NCBI GenBank assembly: GCA_965222575.1
Contig: OZ244958.1
Span: 96,001-160,000 of the forward strand
Direction: 5' to 3'
Origin: Alphaproteobacteria bacterium
GTDB taxonomy: Bacteria > Pseudomonadota > Alphaproteobacteria > G965222575
Length of the DNA stretch: 64,000 nt
Of the stretch, positions 19,689-29,961 are shown piece by piece (position 1 is the first letter of the stretch; each line of letters opens with the position of its first letter). The notes beneath the pieces were generated by a model. The model saw only the letters and a program-made list of their open reading frames with translations, was not told where the DNA came from and did no database searches. The position numbers and the translations under genes are program-made.

Positions 19689-21588
19689 ATGAAATCTACC
19701 TCTCTTTCTTCTATGGCCAAGGGAGAACAAACCCTCCTGAAAGTCAATAGCAAAGGGGAAATTACACAACCCTTCCGTGTGGACACCTCACAGGAAAAGG
19801 TCAGAATTGTCAAAGCCCAATTCTTCAAAAAGGTACAATTTTTCTTTCGCGGGTTGACAGAAAAAGGCAAGTGTAAAAATAATCAGGCACTCCGCCAACA
19901 ACTGCAAAAAGCCTTACAGCATAAATACGGAACAAACGCAGGGGAAAAAGCCGCTCACCACATAGACAAAATAGGCACGCACCCCTTAGAAAAAACACCC
20001 CTCACTTGTAGAGAAGTCAGTTGTATGATGGCCTTCGGAAAAACTTTGAAACACTTGGAAAAGGGCGCTCGCACCCTTAGAAATCACTCAGACACTCAAC
20101 CTTACAGAGAAGGCCTAAAACGCGCACTCGCCTTTATAAACCAAAAACTCAATCCCCAAGCAACCATTCCTAGCACAACAGACAAACAAGAAGCCGCCCA
20201 TATGCTAGCGGAAATCTGCCCCCAGCAATACAAAACACACCTCAAAGACGGCAACTTGACACTCCTTCAAACACTCACACACTATCTCCAAGAGGGCGTC
20301 TCTCACCTAGAAGCCAACGGCAATCCTTTACCCACTTGGAAAACCTTCCCTTCAGACGCATTCCTATACCAAGCACTCAAACAAGCACAACACTATGAAA
20401 ACAACCTCCTACAGACTTTCCCGCATTCACAAACAAAACCGCCTCTCAACACAGAATGGATACAAGAAGAACTCTCTCCTAATAAAAAAACTTTAGAGGA
20501 TTTTCAGAATGCCCCCGCACCAGTCCAAGAGCAAAAAACAGATATCAATGCCAATTTGTCTCCTGCTACTACTCCTGAAACAGAACCCGCATCCTTCCAC
20601 TATCGGATAGCCTCCTAAACCTATCTCTTGAAGATACCCAACAGCAAGAAACAGATATCAATGCCAATTTGTCTCCTGCTACTACTCCTGAAACAGAACA
20701 TCCTCACACAACCCCTAGACCTATCTCCTTGAAGATATCCAACAGCAAGAAACAGATATTGATGCCAATTTGTCTCCTGCTACTACTCCTGAAACAGAAT
20801 ATCCTACACTATCGGATAGCCTCCTAAACCTATCTCTTGAAGATACCCAACAGCAAGAAACAGATATCAATGCCAATTTGTCTCCTGCTACTACTCCTGA
20901 AACAGAACATCCTTCACTATCGGATAGCCTCCTAGACCTATCTCTTGAAGATATCCAACAGCAAGAAACAGATATTGATGCCAATTTGTCTCTTGCTACT
21001 ACTCCTGAAACAGAACATCCTTCACTATCGGATAGCCTCCTAGACCTACCTTTTGAAGATATCCAACAGCAAGAAACAGATATTGATGCCAATTTGTCTC
21101 CTGCTACTACTCCTGAAACAGAACATCCGCACAGAATCTTCCACTATCAGATAGCCTCCTAGACCTATCTCTTGAAGATACCCAACAGCAAGAAACAGAT
21201 ATTGATGCCAATTTGTCTCCTGCTACTACTCCTGAAACAGAACATCCTCCACACAACCTCCTAGACCTATATCCAACAGCAAGAAACTATTGATGAAGAT
21301 ATCCAAGAAAAAGAAACAGATATTGATGCCGATTTGTCTCTTGACGATACCCAAGAAACAGATATTGATGCCAATTTGTCTCCAAACCTATCTCCTGAAG
21401 ACGATATCCAACAGCAAAGACTCCACGCTCAACGTCTCAATCCCGACTTGCCAGTTCAAGAACAAGAAACAGATATTGATGACGATTTGTCTCTTGACGA
21501 TACCCAAGAAACAGATATTGATGCCGATTTGCCTCCTATTACTCCTAAAGAAGAGTTAGCCGCAAGAACAAGAGTAACAGATGTATAA
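19689..21588 (+). CDS. Effector-like protein with acidic C-terminal 36-aa tandem repeats; frame broken inside the repeats
   Basis: ORF 19689..20618 runs into the repeat, and ORFs 20770..21162 and 21334..21588 encode the same repeat in shifted frames. Confidence 0.7.
20530..21545 (+). repeat. About 108-bp coding tandem repeat (QQQETDIDANLSPATTPETEHPSLSDSLLDLSLEDI), about 7 copies plus shorter degenerate units
   Basis: Recurring ACAGATAT(C/T)(A/G)ATGCCAATTTGTCTC. Confidence 0.9.
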
Positions 21589-21604
21589 AAACCTGATAGC
21601 AGCA

Positions 21605-22183
21605 CTAGTCATAAGTCTTAAATTGAGAGACGAAAAAATCAACAATCTTCTGATAGCCCTTTTGCTTTGCAATATCAAGAGGGGTACGTCCGTGATTATC
21701 TTCGGCAAAAAGGCTAGCTTTCTTCTTAACAAGAAGACGAACAACCTCCAAATGACCACGCTCAACAGCAATATGTAAAGGAGTTTCACGCTTTTTCGTC
21801 TTAAAATTCACAGTGGCTCCCGCCTCAATTAAAATCTTCACCGTTTCTTTCTTGCCGCCTAAAGCCGCATAGTGTAAAGGCACATGTCCTACATTATTTT
21901 TCACATCCAGTGTCATCCTTTCTTCCTGAAACATCTCTACAAACAGTAAAGTCGCCTCCTTAGAACGAAAAGCCGCTAAATGTAAAGGGGTATTGCCATT
22001 TATATCCTCTTCAAAGATATCTTCTCCCTCCTCAAGGAGGAGTTCAATCTTTTCCATATCCCCCCGTGCAGATGCTCGATGAAGAGGGCCAGCCTCTCCT
22101 TCTAAAGCGAAACACAATAGTGCCGCCATCACTACACTACTAGGAAACCACCTCTTCTTGCTACTGCTCATCAATAGTGCCAT
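21605..22183 (-). CDS. Ankyrin-repeat protein with signal peptide
   Basis: GPLHRAS, GNTPLHLAA, GHVPLHYAA, ETPLHIAV, GRTPLDIA; hydrophobic N-terminus ending AEA-like (EGEA). Confidence 0.92.
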   Translation of the reverse strand: MALLMSSSKKRWFPSSVVMAALLCFALEGEAGPLHRASARGDMEKIELLLEEGEDIFEEDINGNTPLHLAAFRSKEATLLFVEMFQEERMTLDVKNNVGHVPLHYAALGGKKETVKILIEAGATVNFKTKKRETPLHIAVERGHLEVVRLLVKKKASLFAEDNHGRTPLDIAKQKGYQKIVDFFVSQFKTYD

Positions 22184-22279
22184 TCTTTCCTTTCAATACC
22201 CACGCGCTCATTGTAGTGGAATCCTTTCTATAAGGGTAGCCCTCTTTCAATTTTTAGTCAAAAAATCTCATAAAAGCTT

Positions 22280-23566
22280 TCAGCCCTTATCTTTCAAGGT
22301 GAGAAATTCGTATGGTAAGGGAGGGTTTCTAAATCCCCACAGTGCTAGCATGAGTGCAATTGTTCTATCCGCATGATGATGACCTGAGTCTGCGATAATT
22401 GTCACCTGTCCTGTTGCACTCACGGTCTCTTTGAGACTCATGATATCTTCAAAAAGGTCGTTATCATCAGGCAAGCGGATTCTGTCTTCCTCAAAAAGCC
22501 TGCGCCCCCATGAAAAAAGCTGTTGCTTACTTTTGTGCGTAAACAGAAACCCTTGACATGACTCTCCCATTTTCCTCTGTATTTCTTCTACAAACATTTC
22601 TCCCATCCCCCCTTGGTCAATGAACACCTGAATAGGGCTATACCGCTTGATGGTGTCAATGAGAAGACCTTGCTGCTGTTGAAAGGACAAGTTACGCTTA
22701 GCGAGAATTTTTCTTACCCAGAAAATGTCTTGTGCCTGTTCAACCACAGCAATGCAAAAGAGATGATTGCGGCGCCCCACATCAACGCCTATAGTAATAC
22801 GCCCCCCTGACAAGGGAGGAAACTTCAGCCTTTGGGCTCCCTTGACTTTTTGCCCCTCAAAGACCGTTTCGTTTTGAGAGAGAAACGAGACCTCAAATTC
22901 CTGCTTCCAGATACCCTGATGGTCACAGCCGCTCCTTAAGTGTTCAATATCAAGGTCAAGTCCCATCTCAACAGCTTGGTAAATGTTGACTTTGGACCGA
23001 AACCACGCTTTATTAGAGGTGTGAAAAAGGCTAGAGAAGCGTCCCGTCAAGCCAGCAGGCGTAGAACTTATCCAGCATTTTTTCCCATGAGACGTCACAG
23101 GATAAACAGCTTTCCAGACATCATGACTTTTGTGGTGGTGTGCGAATTCGTCCAGATAGACATTGCGCGTATACCCTCTAGCAGCTTCCGCATTGGCAGG
23201 AAGAGCCGTAATCGAAGCCCCATTACAAAAGACAACAGAGTACGCTTTAAGAGAAGAAATTTCCTCTTCTTTCCAATGAGTCTTATCAGAAAGCACATCA
23301 TGATAAGCCCGATTAAGCGCAAACAAAATAGGCTTGATGCAATCATTCAATATCATACGCGCTGAGCGTTCATTCACAGAAATAATCAACCAGCTGTTTT
23401 TATCTCCCTTAAGAATCCCATCAAGAATATCAGACACAATGCCCACAGCATGGGTATAGGTCTTGCCGGTTTGTCTTGCCCAGCAAGCAATCTTCAACCT
23501 GTGCGGCGCTTTCAGGTAGGCTTTCTGATAAGGCAGAAGACGAAGCGTGTAGGCACTGGTTTTCAC
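22280..23566 (-). CDS. Terminase large subunit, Mu gp28-like
   Basis: WARQTGKT Walker A, VYLDEF Walker B, ISSTP, nuclease GVDVGRRNH and HADRTIALMLA. Confidence 0.9.
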   Translation of the reverse strand: MKTSAYTLRLLPYQKAYLKAPHRLKIACWARQTGKTYTHAVGIVSDILDGILKGDKNSWLIISVNERSARMILNDCIKPILFALNRAYHDVLSDKTHWKEEEISSLKAYSVVFCNGASITALPANAEAARGYTRNVYLDEFAHHHKSHDVWKAVYPVTSHGKKCWISSTPAGLTGRFSSLFHTSNKAWFRSKVNIYQAVEMGLDLDIEHLRSGCDHQGIWKQEFEVSFLSQNETVFEGQKVKGAQRLKFPPLSGGRITIGVDVGRRNHLFCIAVVEQAQDIFWVRKILAKRNLSFQQQQGLLIDTIKRYSPIQVFIDQGGMGEMFVEEIQRKMGESCQGFLFTHKSKQQLFSWGRRLFEEDRIRLPDDNDLFEDIMSLKETVSATGQVTIIADSGHHHADRTIALMLALWGFRNPPLPYEFLTLKDKG

Positions 23567-23574
23567 CTCTGTGG

Positions 23575-23856
23575 TTACCGCTTTTTCAGGGATTCAATAT
23601 TTTGATTTAGAGACTTAAGAGTGTTTGCTAAATTGCTCACTTCCGTTTGCAAAACAGCAAGTTTCACTTTCACCTCCTCTACAAATGCCTGAGAGACCGT
23701 ATGTTCTTCCATGCGTATCAGGCGTTCTTGTAAGGAGGAAAAATGCTTTTTTGAGGCATATAAGGACTGTAAGCGCCACATGAGAGAAGAGACCAAAAAG
23801 CCTAAGACCATAAAGGCAGGTATCCATAATAACCGCAGGATTTCAAACCATTTCAT
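23575..23856 (-). CDS. Small membrane/coiled-coil phage protein (DUF2730 / Mu gp25-like)
   Basis: N-terminal TM, RLIRMEE, coiled-coil C-terminus; position next to terL. Confidence 0.55.
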   Translation of the reverse strand: MKWFEILRLLWIPAFMVLGFLVSSLMWRLQSLYASKKHFSSLQERLIRMEEHTVSQAFVEEVKVKLAVLQTEVSNLANTLKSLNQNIESLKKR

Positions 23857-25055
23857 GAAGGAGAAGACGCCGGATGAGGAAGTCCTAAGATATTGCGCAC
23901 CACATAGTGGTCAATGGCAATCCCTCTATCCATAGCATTGAAAACATCCTGAATTTTGACACGAGTGGGTTCTGTGAGGCTCAGTCTTGGGAGGTGTGTT
24001 TGCACACCAAAATTGACCTGTATCATAAGAGGAATTAAAGAGGTATTAAAGGTCTCTTCTATAGCCGTGGCATCTGATTGGAGGAGTGAAGCTCTAATAC
24101 GGTCATGGACTTCGGCTTGAGCCCTTGAAGACCCATGGTCTGTGGTCATGGTTTGCCCTAAGATGAGTTTAGAAATCTGTAGATTACAATAGTCTAAGAG
24201 CTGCAGATGATTAGAGGAAGTGGCTTTGGTGTCTCTGATAAGATTGATATCCATAGATTTTGGAACAGCAGCCACCATAGAAGCATTGATTTCGCGCAAG
24301 GCACGCAAAAGGGTCTGTTTATCCTCTTCAGAGGCATCCGGCCCGAACTTGCCTAACCGAATAGGTTTTCCGAAAAGCTCAAGATATTCCATCCAGTCCT
24401 TCAGACAAAATTGCTGAAAAAACCACAGCATAAGAGCAGGGCGCGCCAAGCCATTACGCAACAAATTGCTATCAGATTTCCCGTTATGAACATGCAGAAG
24501 GGCTTGATACGGTTTCAACGGGAGACTCTCCCCCTCCTCAGAGAGAAGAGACAGCCTTCCATTAGAAACCTGAAAGAAACTCTGGTCAGCCCACTCAAGA
24601 TGAGGCAGCCAGTACTCTTGATACCGCCACGAAATGGAAAAAACGGCAAACCCTTTCGCAAGGGCATCAAGCATCTGAAACAGTAATTGTTGAAACTTAG
24701 TTTGATGAATCCACCGGGAGACAAAATCAGCATGCACAAGAGCAGCTTTAGTCGTGTCAGCAGGCGAAATCAAAGGGGTAAGCTGCGCCGTTTGTTGCTT
24801 CCTAGTAGTAAGAACCGCTACATAATGCGGCCACCTTTCTTCCATACTTTGCGCTAAGCGAAAAAAAGCTTGACCATCTCCCATATCCGCAAGATGAAGA
24901 GCCCTGTTGATAACAGCAGGCGTTTGAGGCAGATGACCCTCCCAAAAATAACACTGAGGCGGGTATCTCTTCTTAATGTTAGAACAAAGTGCAGAGGATG
25001 TACCCCCACCTTTCTTGAACAAAGACAAATCCGCTCTTTTCAGAAAATTGAACAT
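23853..25055 (-). CDS. Portal protein, Mu gp29 / DUF935-like
   Basis: MLDALAKGFAV, DWMEYLELFGKPIRLGKF, QISKLILGQTMTTDHGSSRAQAEVH. Confidence 0.92.
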   Translation of the reverse strand: MFNFLKRADLSLFKKGGGTSSALCSNIKKRYPPQCYFWEGHLPQTPAVINRALHLADMGDGQAFFRLAQSMEERWPHYVAVLTTRKQQTAQLTPLISPADTTKAALVHADFVSRWIHQTKFQQLLFQMLDALAKGFAVFSISWRYQEYWLPHLEWADQSFFQVSNGRLSLLSEEGESLPLKPYQALLHVHNGKSDSNLLRNGLARPALMLWFFQQFCLKDWMEYLELFGKPIRLGKFGPDASEEDKQTLLRALREINASMVAAVPKSMDINLIRDTKATSSNHLQLLDYCNLQISKLILGQTMTTDHGSSRAQAEVHDRIRASLLQSDATAIEETFNTSLIPLMIQVNFGVQTHLPRLSLTEPTRVKIQDVFNAMDRGIAIDHYVVRNILGLPHPASSPS

Positions 25056-25140
25056 AAAACACCAAGGATAAAGGAACCTCTATAGTGCCACAGGTAAAAA
25101 CGAAAAGTTCAGAGGTACTTAACTACTCCCCTCCGTTAGC

Positions 25141-25892
25141 CCCTTCAATAAGGGAAAGGGGGGGGGGATGAGCCCTCCTTTGTGGAGAATAAAGTGAATC
25201 CCGTGTGTGACTTGACAGGACGCCTCCCTTCAATAAGGGAAAGGGGGGGGGATGAGCCCTCCTTTGTGGAGAATAAAGTGAATCCCGTGTGTGACTTGAC
25301 AGGACGCCTCCCTTCAATAAGGGAAAGGCAGGGGGATGAGCCCTCCTTTGTGGAGAATAAAGTGAATCCCGTGTGTGACTTGACAGGACGCCTCCCTTCA
25401 ATAAGGGAAAGGCAGGGGGATGAGCCCTCCTTTGTGGAGAATAAAGTGAATCCCGTGTGTGACTTGACAGGACGCCTCCCTTCAATAAGGGAAAGGCAGG
25501 GGGATGAGCCCTCCTTTGTGGAGAATAAAGTGAATCCCGTGTGTGACTTGACAGGACGCCTCCCTTCAATAAGGGAAAGGCAGGGGGATGAGCCCTCCTT
25601 TGTGGAGAGAAAAGTGAATCCCGTGTGTGACTTGACAGGACGCCTCCCTTCAATAAGGGAAAGGCGGGGGGATGAGCCCTCCTTTGTGGAGAGAAAAGTG
25701 AATCCCGTGTGTGACTTGACAGGACGCCTCCCTTCAATAAGGGAAAGGCGGGGGGATGAGCCCTCCTTTGTGGAGAGAAAAGTGAATCCCGTGTGTGACT
25801 TGACAGGACGCCTCCCTTCAATAAGGGAAAGGCGGGGGGATGAGCCCTCCTTTGTGGAGAGAAAAGTGAATCTCATGCGTGACTTGACAGGA
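25141..25892. repeat. 84-bp tandem repeat, about 9 copies
   Basis: CCCTTCAATAAGGG recurs at 25141, 25226, 25310 ... 25814; no unique spacers. Confidence 0.95.
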
Positions 25893-25999
25893 CTAGGTTG
25901 TGGCATTTTTCCCATAAATCTTTGGCACAAAAATAAAGTAGCTCTAAAAAGGCTTACGCTCTTTATGAAAGAGTGTCTTGATAAGAAAAATCAAAATCC

Positions 26000-28900
26000 A
26001 TGATATATCCTGTCGTTGAACTGGTCTTAAACAACATTCCCTATGATTTATCAGGGGCCTTGTTATCCTTTGAAAGGCACGCAAGAGGGGTCACCTTTAA
26101 GTTTAAGGCAGAAGGTCTTCCTTTAGAAATACACCCTCTTGACCAAGAATGGATAGGGGGACTGTTATGGCTGAGGGAAGAGGGAGAGCGGAGAAAAAGC
26201 AAGATAGTAGAGCAGCCTACCTTATCAGAGCATATTGTGACGGTACAGGGGTTGCAAGGGACGCAGACCGTGTTATTAGGCAACAGGCTAGAGGATGCGA
26301 CCTTACTGTTACAGGCTACGCAGGAAGATGTCTTATTATTGAACCTTATCAAAAAGAATGACCGTCTATTATTAGAAGAAGTGGAGCGCTATCAAGAGGT
26401 TATCTTTGGGTCTTTACCTTGTGTATTGAAGCCTTTATTTCGCTCTCCATATGGCACCTTATCAGAGGCTGTGGGGAAAGGAGAACTGGTGATTTTCTTA
26501 GAAAATCTTTCTCAATTGTTTCCCACAACAGGATATCTCTTAATAGGAGAGGAAGAATACACCATACAAGAGCGCAGGATTTTTCAGGAGGAGAGGCCTT
26601 TCATCAGTATAACACTAGCCTCAAAGACCCTCAAAAGCTATAAAGCGGGAGAGGCGGTGTTTCTTAGTCGTCAACCGTCATGGTGGATTGCCCCAACAGG
26701 CACCACAGCCCTTGAGATAGGAGAGCAACGTTTAGAAAAACAGAATGCACAAGAGAGCATACCAATAAGTGGGGATGTGTTCTTGCCTTGTGGCGTGGTG
26801 CGGTTATGGGGAAAAGAAAGAGCTTTGGAAGATTGCGGCTCACTCCAGACTTTGCTGGAGTTTGACGATGCAAGCCAGTCCACCTCACTTAATCCCTCTC
26901 ACGCCATAGGAGCTGTACATCGTACCATAACACAAGCAATCGGCGATGCTACAGTTGAAATGAGTGAAGACGCAGCGTTGACTTTCCCCGCTCTTCCGGA
27001 AAGCTCTTTGGAAGTACGTTACGCCTTTTCCTATGAAGTAGGCAATATTCCCTCACTTGGAGTGACAACAATCTGGGTTGGAGACCATGTCATTTATAAC
27101 CAGCTAAACGACTCCGTGCTGTATAATCCTCAAAAAGTACAATTCACAGATAGTCACTTCAAAGGCATACTCATGCCTGTAAAATTCAAAACCACAGGCC
27201 TCATCACAGGGGATACCCCCTTTGTGACTTTTCGCAATGTGCACCGCTTCGTCAAAGAGGGGCACAACAATGATAATCTCTTTTCCAGTATTGGCAAAGG
27301 ACAAGCCTTAAAAGCAACTCTTAAGAGTCCTGTGGATAAGCTTGGTCGACTAGAAAAGGCAGAGGCCGTGGTACAGTATTTTTTCAATAAGCGCCTTAGC
27401 ACATCGGAACGCATCCTTATACAAGGATACAACGGCCAAAAGCGCTACACCTTATTGACAGCGCAAACAGCTGGAGGCCTAGCAGGAGAAGACAGAACGC
27501 AAGAACTTGCGTTTCCATTCAACACAGGCCATGCCTTCTTAAGTAATCAAAACATCTCAGCATTGATATCAGGCGGTATTGCTACGTTAACAAACCTCAT
27601 GGGTAAGCAAAAAGAAACCTTTTTCATACCGCCCTATCAAGTCGAAAAAAACAATGGGAGTTACACCCGTTTCAGCAACATGGAATTTTTACCGCCGGTG
27701 AATCTCAACACATCAGAGACTCATAAACTCTGGATATACTTCCAGCCAGTACCAGTAAAAGACCTTCTTTACATGAATGCCAATGGCATCAGACTAGTAA
27801 GTCATGGGAAGTTCAAAAGCGACGCCACACTTCGAAATCTCCTCAACTACTCTACTCACACTCACCAACGCACGCGATCTTGGGATTCCACAAGAAAAGA
27901 GTCAATTTTAGATGTTTCCTCTGGAAACGTTAATAGAAACGGAGGATTAAGAGGGCCGTTTGTCTTTAACCATAAAAACGCGGCATTACCCCTTCGCTTT
28001 GCCTGTCCACCGGAGAAAGACCCTTTCCAGACCACAAAAACACCAGGAACAAGTATCTACATGATTCAACCTCTGTACCCGCAACCAAATCCAGCCTACA
28101 TCATCATAGAGTGGTCTATTATCCCTCCTTCTTTCTCCAGTACAAAAGCCTCCGGAAAATTGCAAATCCTTAAGCCAAATTTACCATTGAAAGGAGAGTC
28201 AAAAACAGAAATAGACCTCTCAACACACTCACAACCCACAAGAACAACGACAAAATATCTTCCGCTGGACTGGATACAGGAGTTATCACAACTCAACAGC
28301 CTCCTCTTAGAAGTGTCCCTTCAGTCCACTACCACCCCTAGTAATATCAGACTCAATGTTGTACGTTGTCTCCTGCGGATAACGTATCAGGAGCAATGCT
28401 ACAAGCCGGTACACTCACACTGGCTGCTATGTCACAGTAGTGGGCGCTTAGACGAGATACTCACCACTCTAAGCCACCGATTAGGTCTCTCTTTTCGAAA
28501 AGAACACAGTGTCGTCAGTATAGGCTTTGACACTGTCCTAAAAGGTCTTTTGCCCGGGAATCAAAACTGCTGGAAAGTCCTATCGGAACTCTGTGAGATG
28601 CTGGATGGGGGATGGAGTGCAGAGGACGGATTACGCCTGTACGATAGAAGAGACGGACAGGTTGTCAAAAGTTTTACCCCTGGAGATTATAAGAGCTTTT
28701 CCGTACACTTCAGCGATAGCAATGAGCGTTGTCACAACGTGCTCATCACCTTCGGTAAGGAAACAGAGAAACAATACACATATGTCTATCCCTCTCCCTC
28801 AGAAATTCTCAAGCGCCACAGTGCACGTGACCTCTCCTTTTCCATAGCAACTCTTGATAAAAATCCCACACCCGCCAACACCAAAAGCTTCAAGTTTCCT

Positions 28901-29155
28901 TGGCAAGTAGAGAAACAAACAGGAGAAAATATTGCCAAAAGACTATACCAACGATACGCAACATTGCGCCGCACCATCACCCTCCTCTTACCCACTCCTT
29001 CCCCTCTGAAAACAGGAGATAAAGTCCTAATATCCCTCCCCTCCATGAAAGGAGAATTCCTCAAAGCCGTCATCACTTCCACAAACAACCAAGGCCTTCA
29101 GTGTGAAGAAATCCCACACCACACCACTCCCTTCACTGGCACAGCACTAAAGTGA
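26000..29155 (+). CDS. Large putative phage tail-tip/baseplate hub (host-specificity) protein
   Basis: 1051 aa; C-terminal region (KVLSELCEML...FSVHFSDSNERCHNVLITF...LKTGDKV) resembles siphovirus tail hub domains; adjacent to portal/terL. Confidence 0.55.
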   Translation: MIYPVVELVLNNIPYDLSGALLSFERHARGVTFKFKAEGLPLEIHPLDQEWIGGLLWLREEGERRKSKIVEQPTLSEHIVTVQGLQGTQTVLLGNRLEDATLLLQATQEDVLLLNLIKKNDRLLLEEVERYQEVIFGSLPCVLKPLFRSPYGTLSEAVGKGELVIFLENLSQLFPTTGYLLIGEEEYTIQERRIFQEERPFISITLASKTLKSYKAGEAVFLSRQPSWWIAPTGTTALEIGEQRLEKQNAQESIPISGDVFLPCGVVRLWGKERALEDCGSLQTLLEFDDASQSTSLNPSHAIGAVHRTITQAIGDATVEMSEDAALTFPALPESSLEVRYAFSYEVGNIPSLGVTTIWVGDHVIYNQLNDSVLYNPQKVQFTDSHFKGILMPVKFKTTGLITGDTPFVTFRNVHRFVKEGHNNDNLFSSIGKGQALKATLKSPVDKLGRLEKAEAVVQYFFNKRLSTSERILIQGYNGQKRYTLLTAQTAGGLAGEDRTQELAFPFNTGHAFLSNQNISALISGGIATLTNLMGKQKETFFIPPYQVEKNNGSYTRFSNMEFLPPVNLNTSETHKLWIYFQPVPVKDLLYMNANGIRLVSHGKFKSDATLRNLLNYSTHTHQRTRSWDSTRKESILDVSSGNVNRNGGLRGPFVFNHKNAALPLRFACPPEKDPFQTTKTPGTSIYMIQPLYPQPNPAYIIIEWSIIPPSFSSTKASGKLQILKPNLPLKGESKTEIDLSTHSQPTRTTTKYLPLDWIQELSQLNSLLLEVSLQSTTTPSNIRLNVVRCLLRITYQEQCYKPVHSHWLLCHSSGRLDEILTTLSHRLGLSFRKEHSVVSIGFDTVLKGLLPGNQNCWKVLSELCEMLDGGWSAEDGLRLYDRRDGQVVKSFTPGDYKSFSVHFSDSNERCHNVLITFGKETEKQYTYVYPSPSEILKRHSARDLSFSIATLDKNPTPANTKSFKFPWQVEKQTGENIAKRLYQRYATLRRTITLLLPTPSPLKTGDKVLISLPSMKGEFLKAVITSTNNQGLQCEEIPHHTTPFTGTALK

Positions 29156-29927
29156 GAGGAAAACCTCCCCCACACAGCGTTACCCGTGCGAAGAAAACCT
29201 CCAGTATAGGGGGGGCTGAGGTGACATTGGGGGGGTTCACCCGCACAGCATTAAAGTGAGAGAAAAACCTCCCCCGCACAACGTTACTCGTGAGAGAAAA
29301 AATCCAGTATAGGGGGGGCTGAGGGGGATATTAGGGGGGGCTTCCCCCACACAACGTTATTCGTGAGAGAAAAACCTCCCACACACAGCGTTACCCGTGA
29401 GAGAAAAACCTCCCCCGCACAACGTTACCCGTGCGAAGAAAACCTCCAGTATTAAGGGGGGCTGAGGGGGATATTGGTAAGGCTTCCCCCGCACAGCGTT
29501 ACCCGTGAGAGGAAAACCTCCCCCCCCACACAGCGTTACTCGTGAGAGAAAAACCTCCCCCGCACAACGTTACCCGTGAGAGGAAAACTTCCCCCGCACA
29601 ACGTTACCCGTGAGAGGAAAATTCCAATATAGGGGGGGGCTGAGGGGGATATTAGGGGGGCTTCCCCCGCACAGCACTAAATTGAGAGAAAAACCTCCCC
29701 CGCACAACGTTACCCGTGCGAAGAAAACCTCCAGTATAGGGGGGGGCTGAGGTGACATTGGGGGGGTTCACCCGCACAGCACTAAAGTGAGAGGGAAACC
29801 TCCCCCGCACAACGTTACCCGTGCGAAGAAAACCTCCAGTATAGGGGGGGGCTGAGGTGACATTGGGGGGGTTCACCCGCACAGCACTAAAGTGAGAGGG
29901 AAACCTCCAGTATTAGGGGGGCTGAGG
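29139..29927. repeat. Compound GC-rich tandem repeat (about 34-bp subunits in about 105-bp higher-order units)
   Basis: Recurring GCACAACGTTACCCGTG(A/C)GA.GAAAACCTCC and TATAGGGGGGGCTGAGG. Confidence 0.9.
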
Positions 29928-29961
29928 AATGAAAAGACCCGCCCTTTGTACAACAGAAGAC

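Noticed and set aside
25141-25892. Possible CRISPR array
   Set aside because: Units are near-identical over their full 84 bp; no unique spacers and no cas genes in the window.
25123-25930. Minus-strand 232 and 261 aa repeat ORFs
   Set aside because: An 84-bp unit without stops opens several frames; no independent evidence of coding.
26000-29927. Diversity-generating retroelement acting on the tail protein
   Set aside because: No reverse transcriptase and no adenine-specific TR/VR pair seen.
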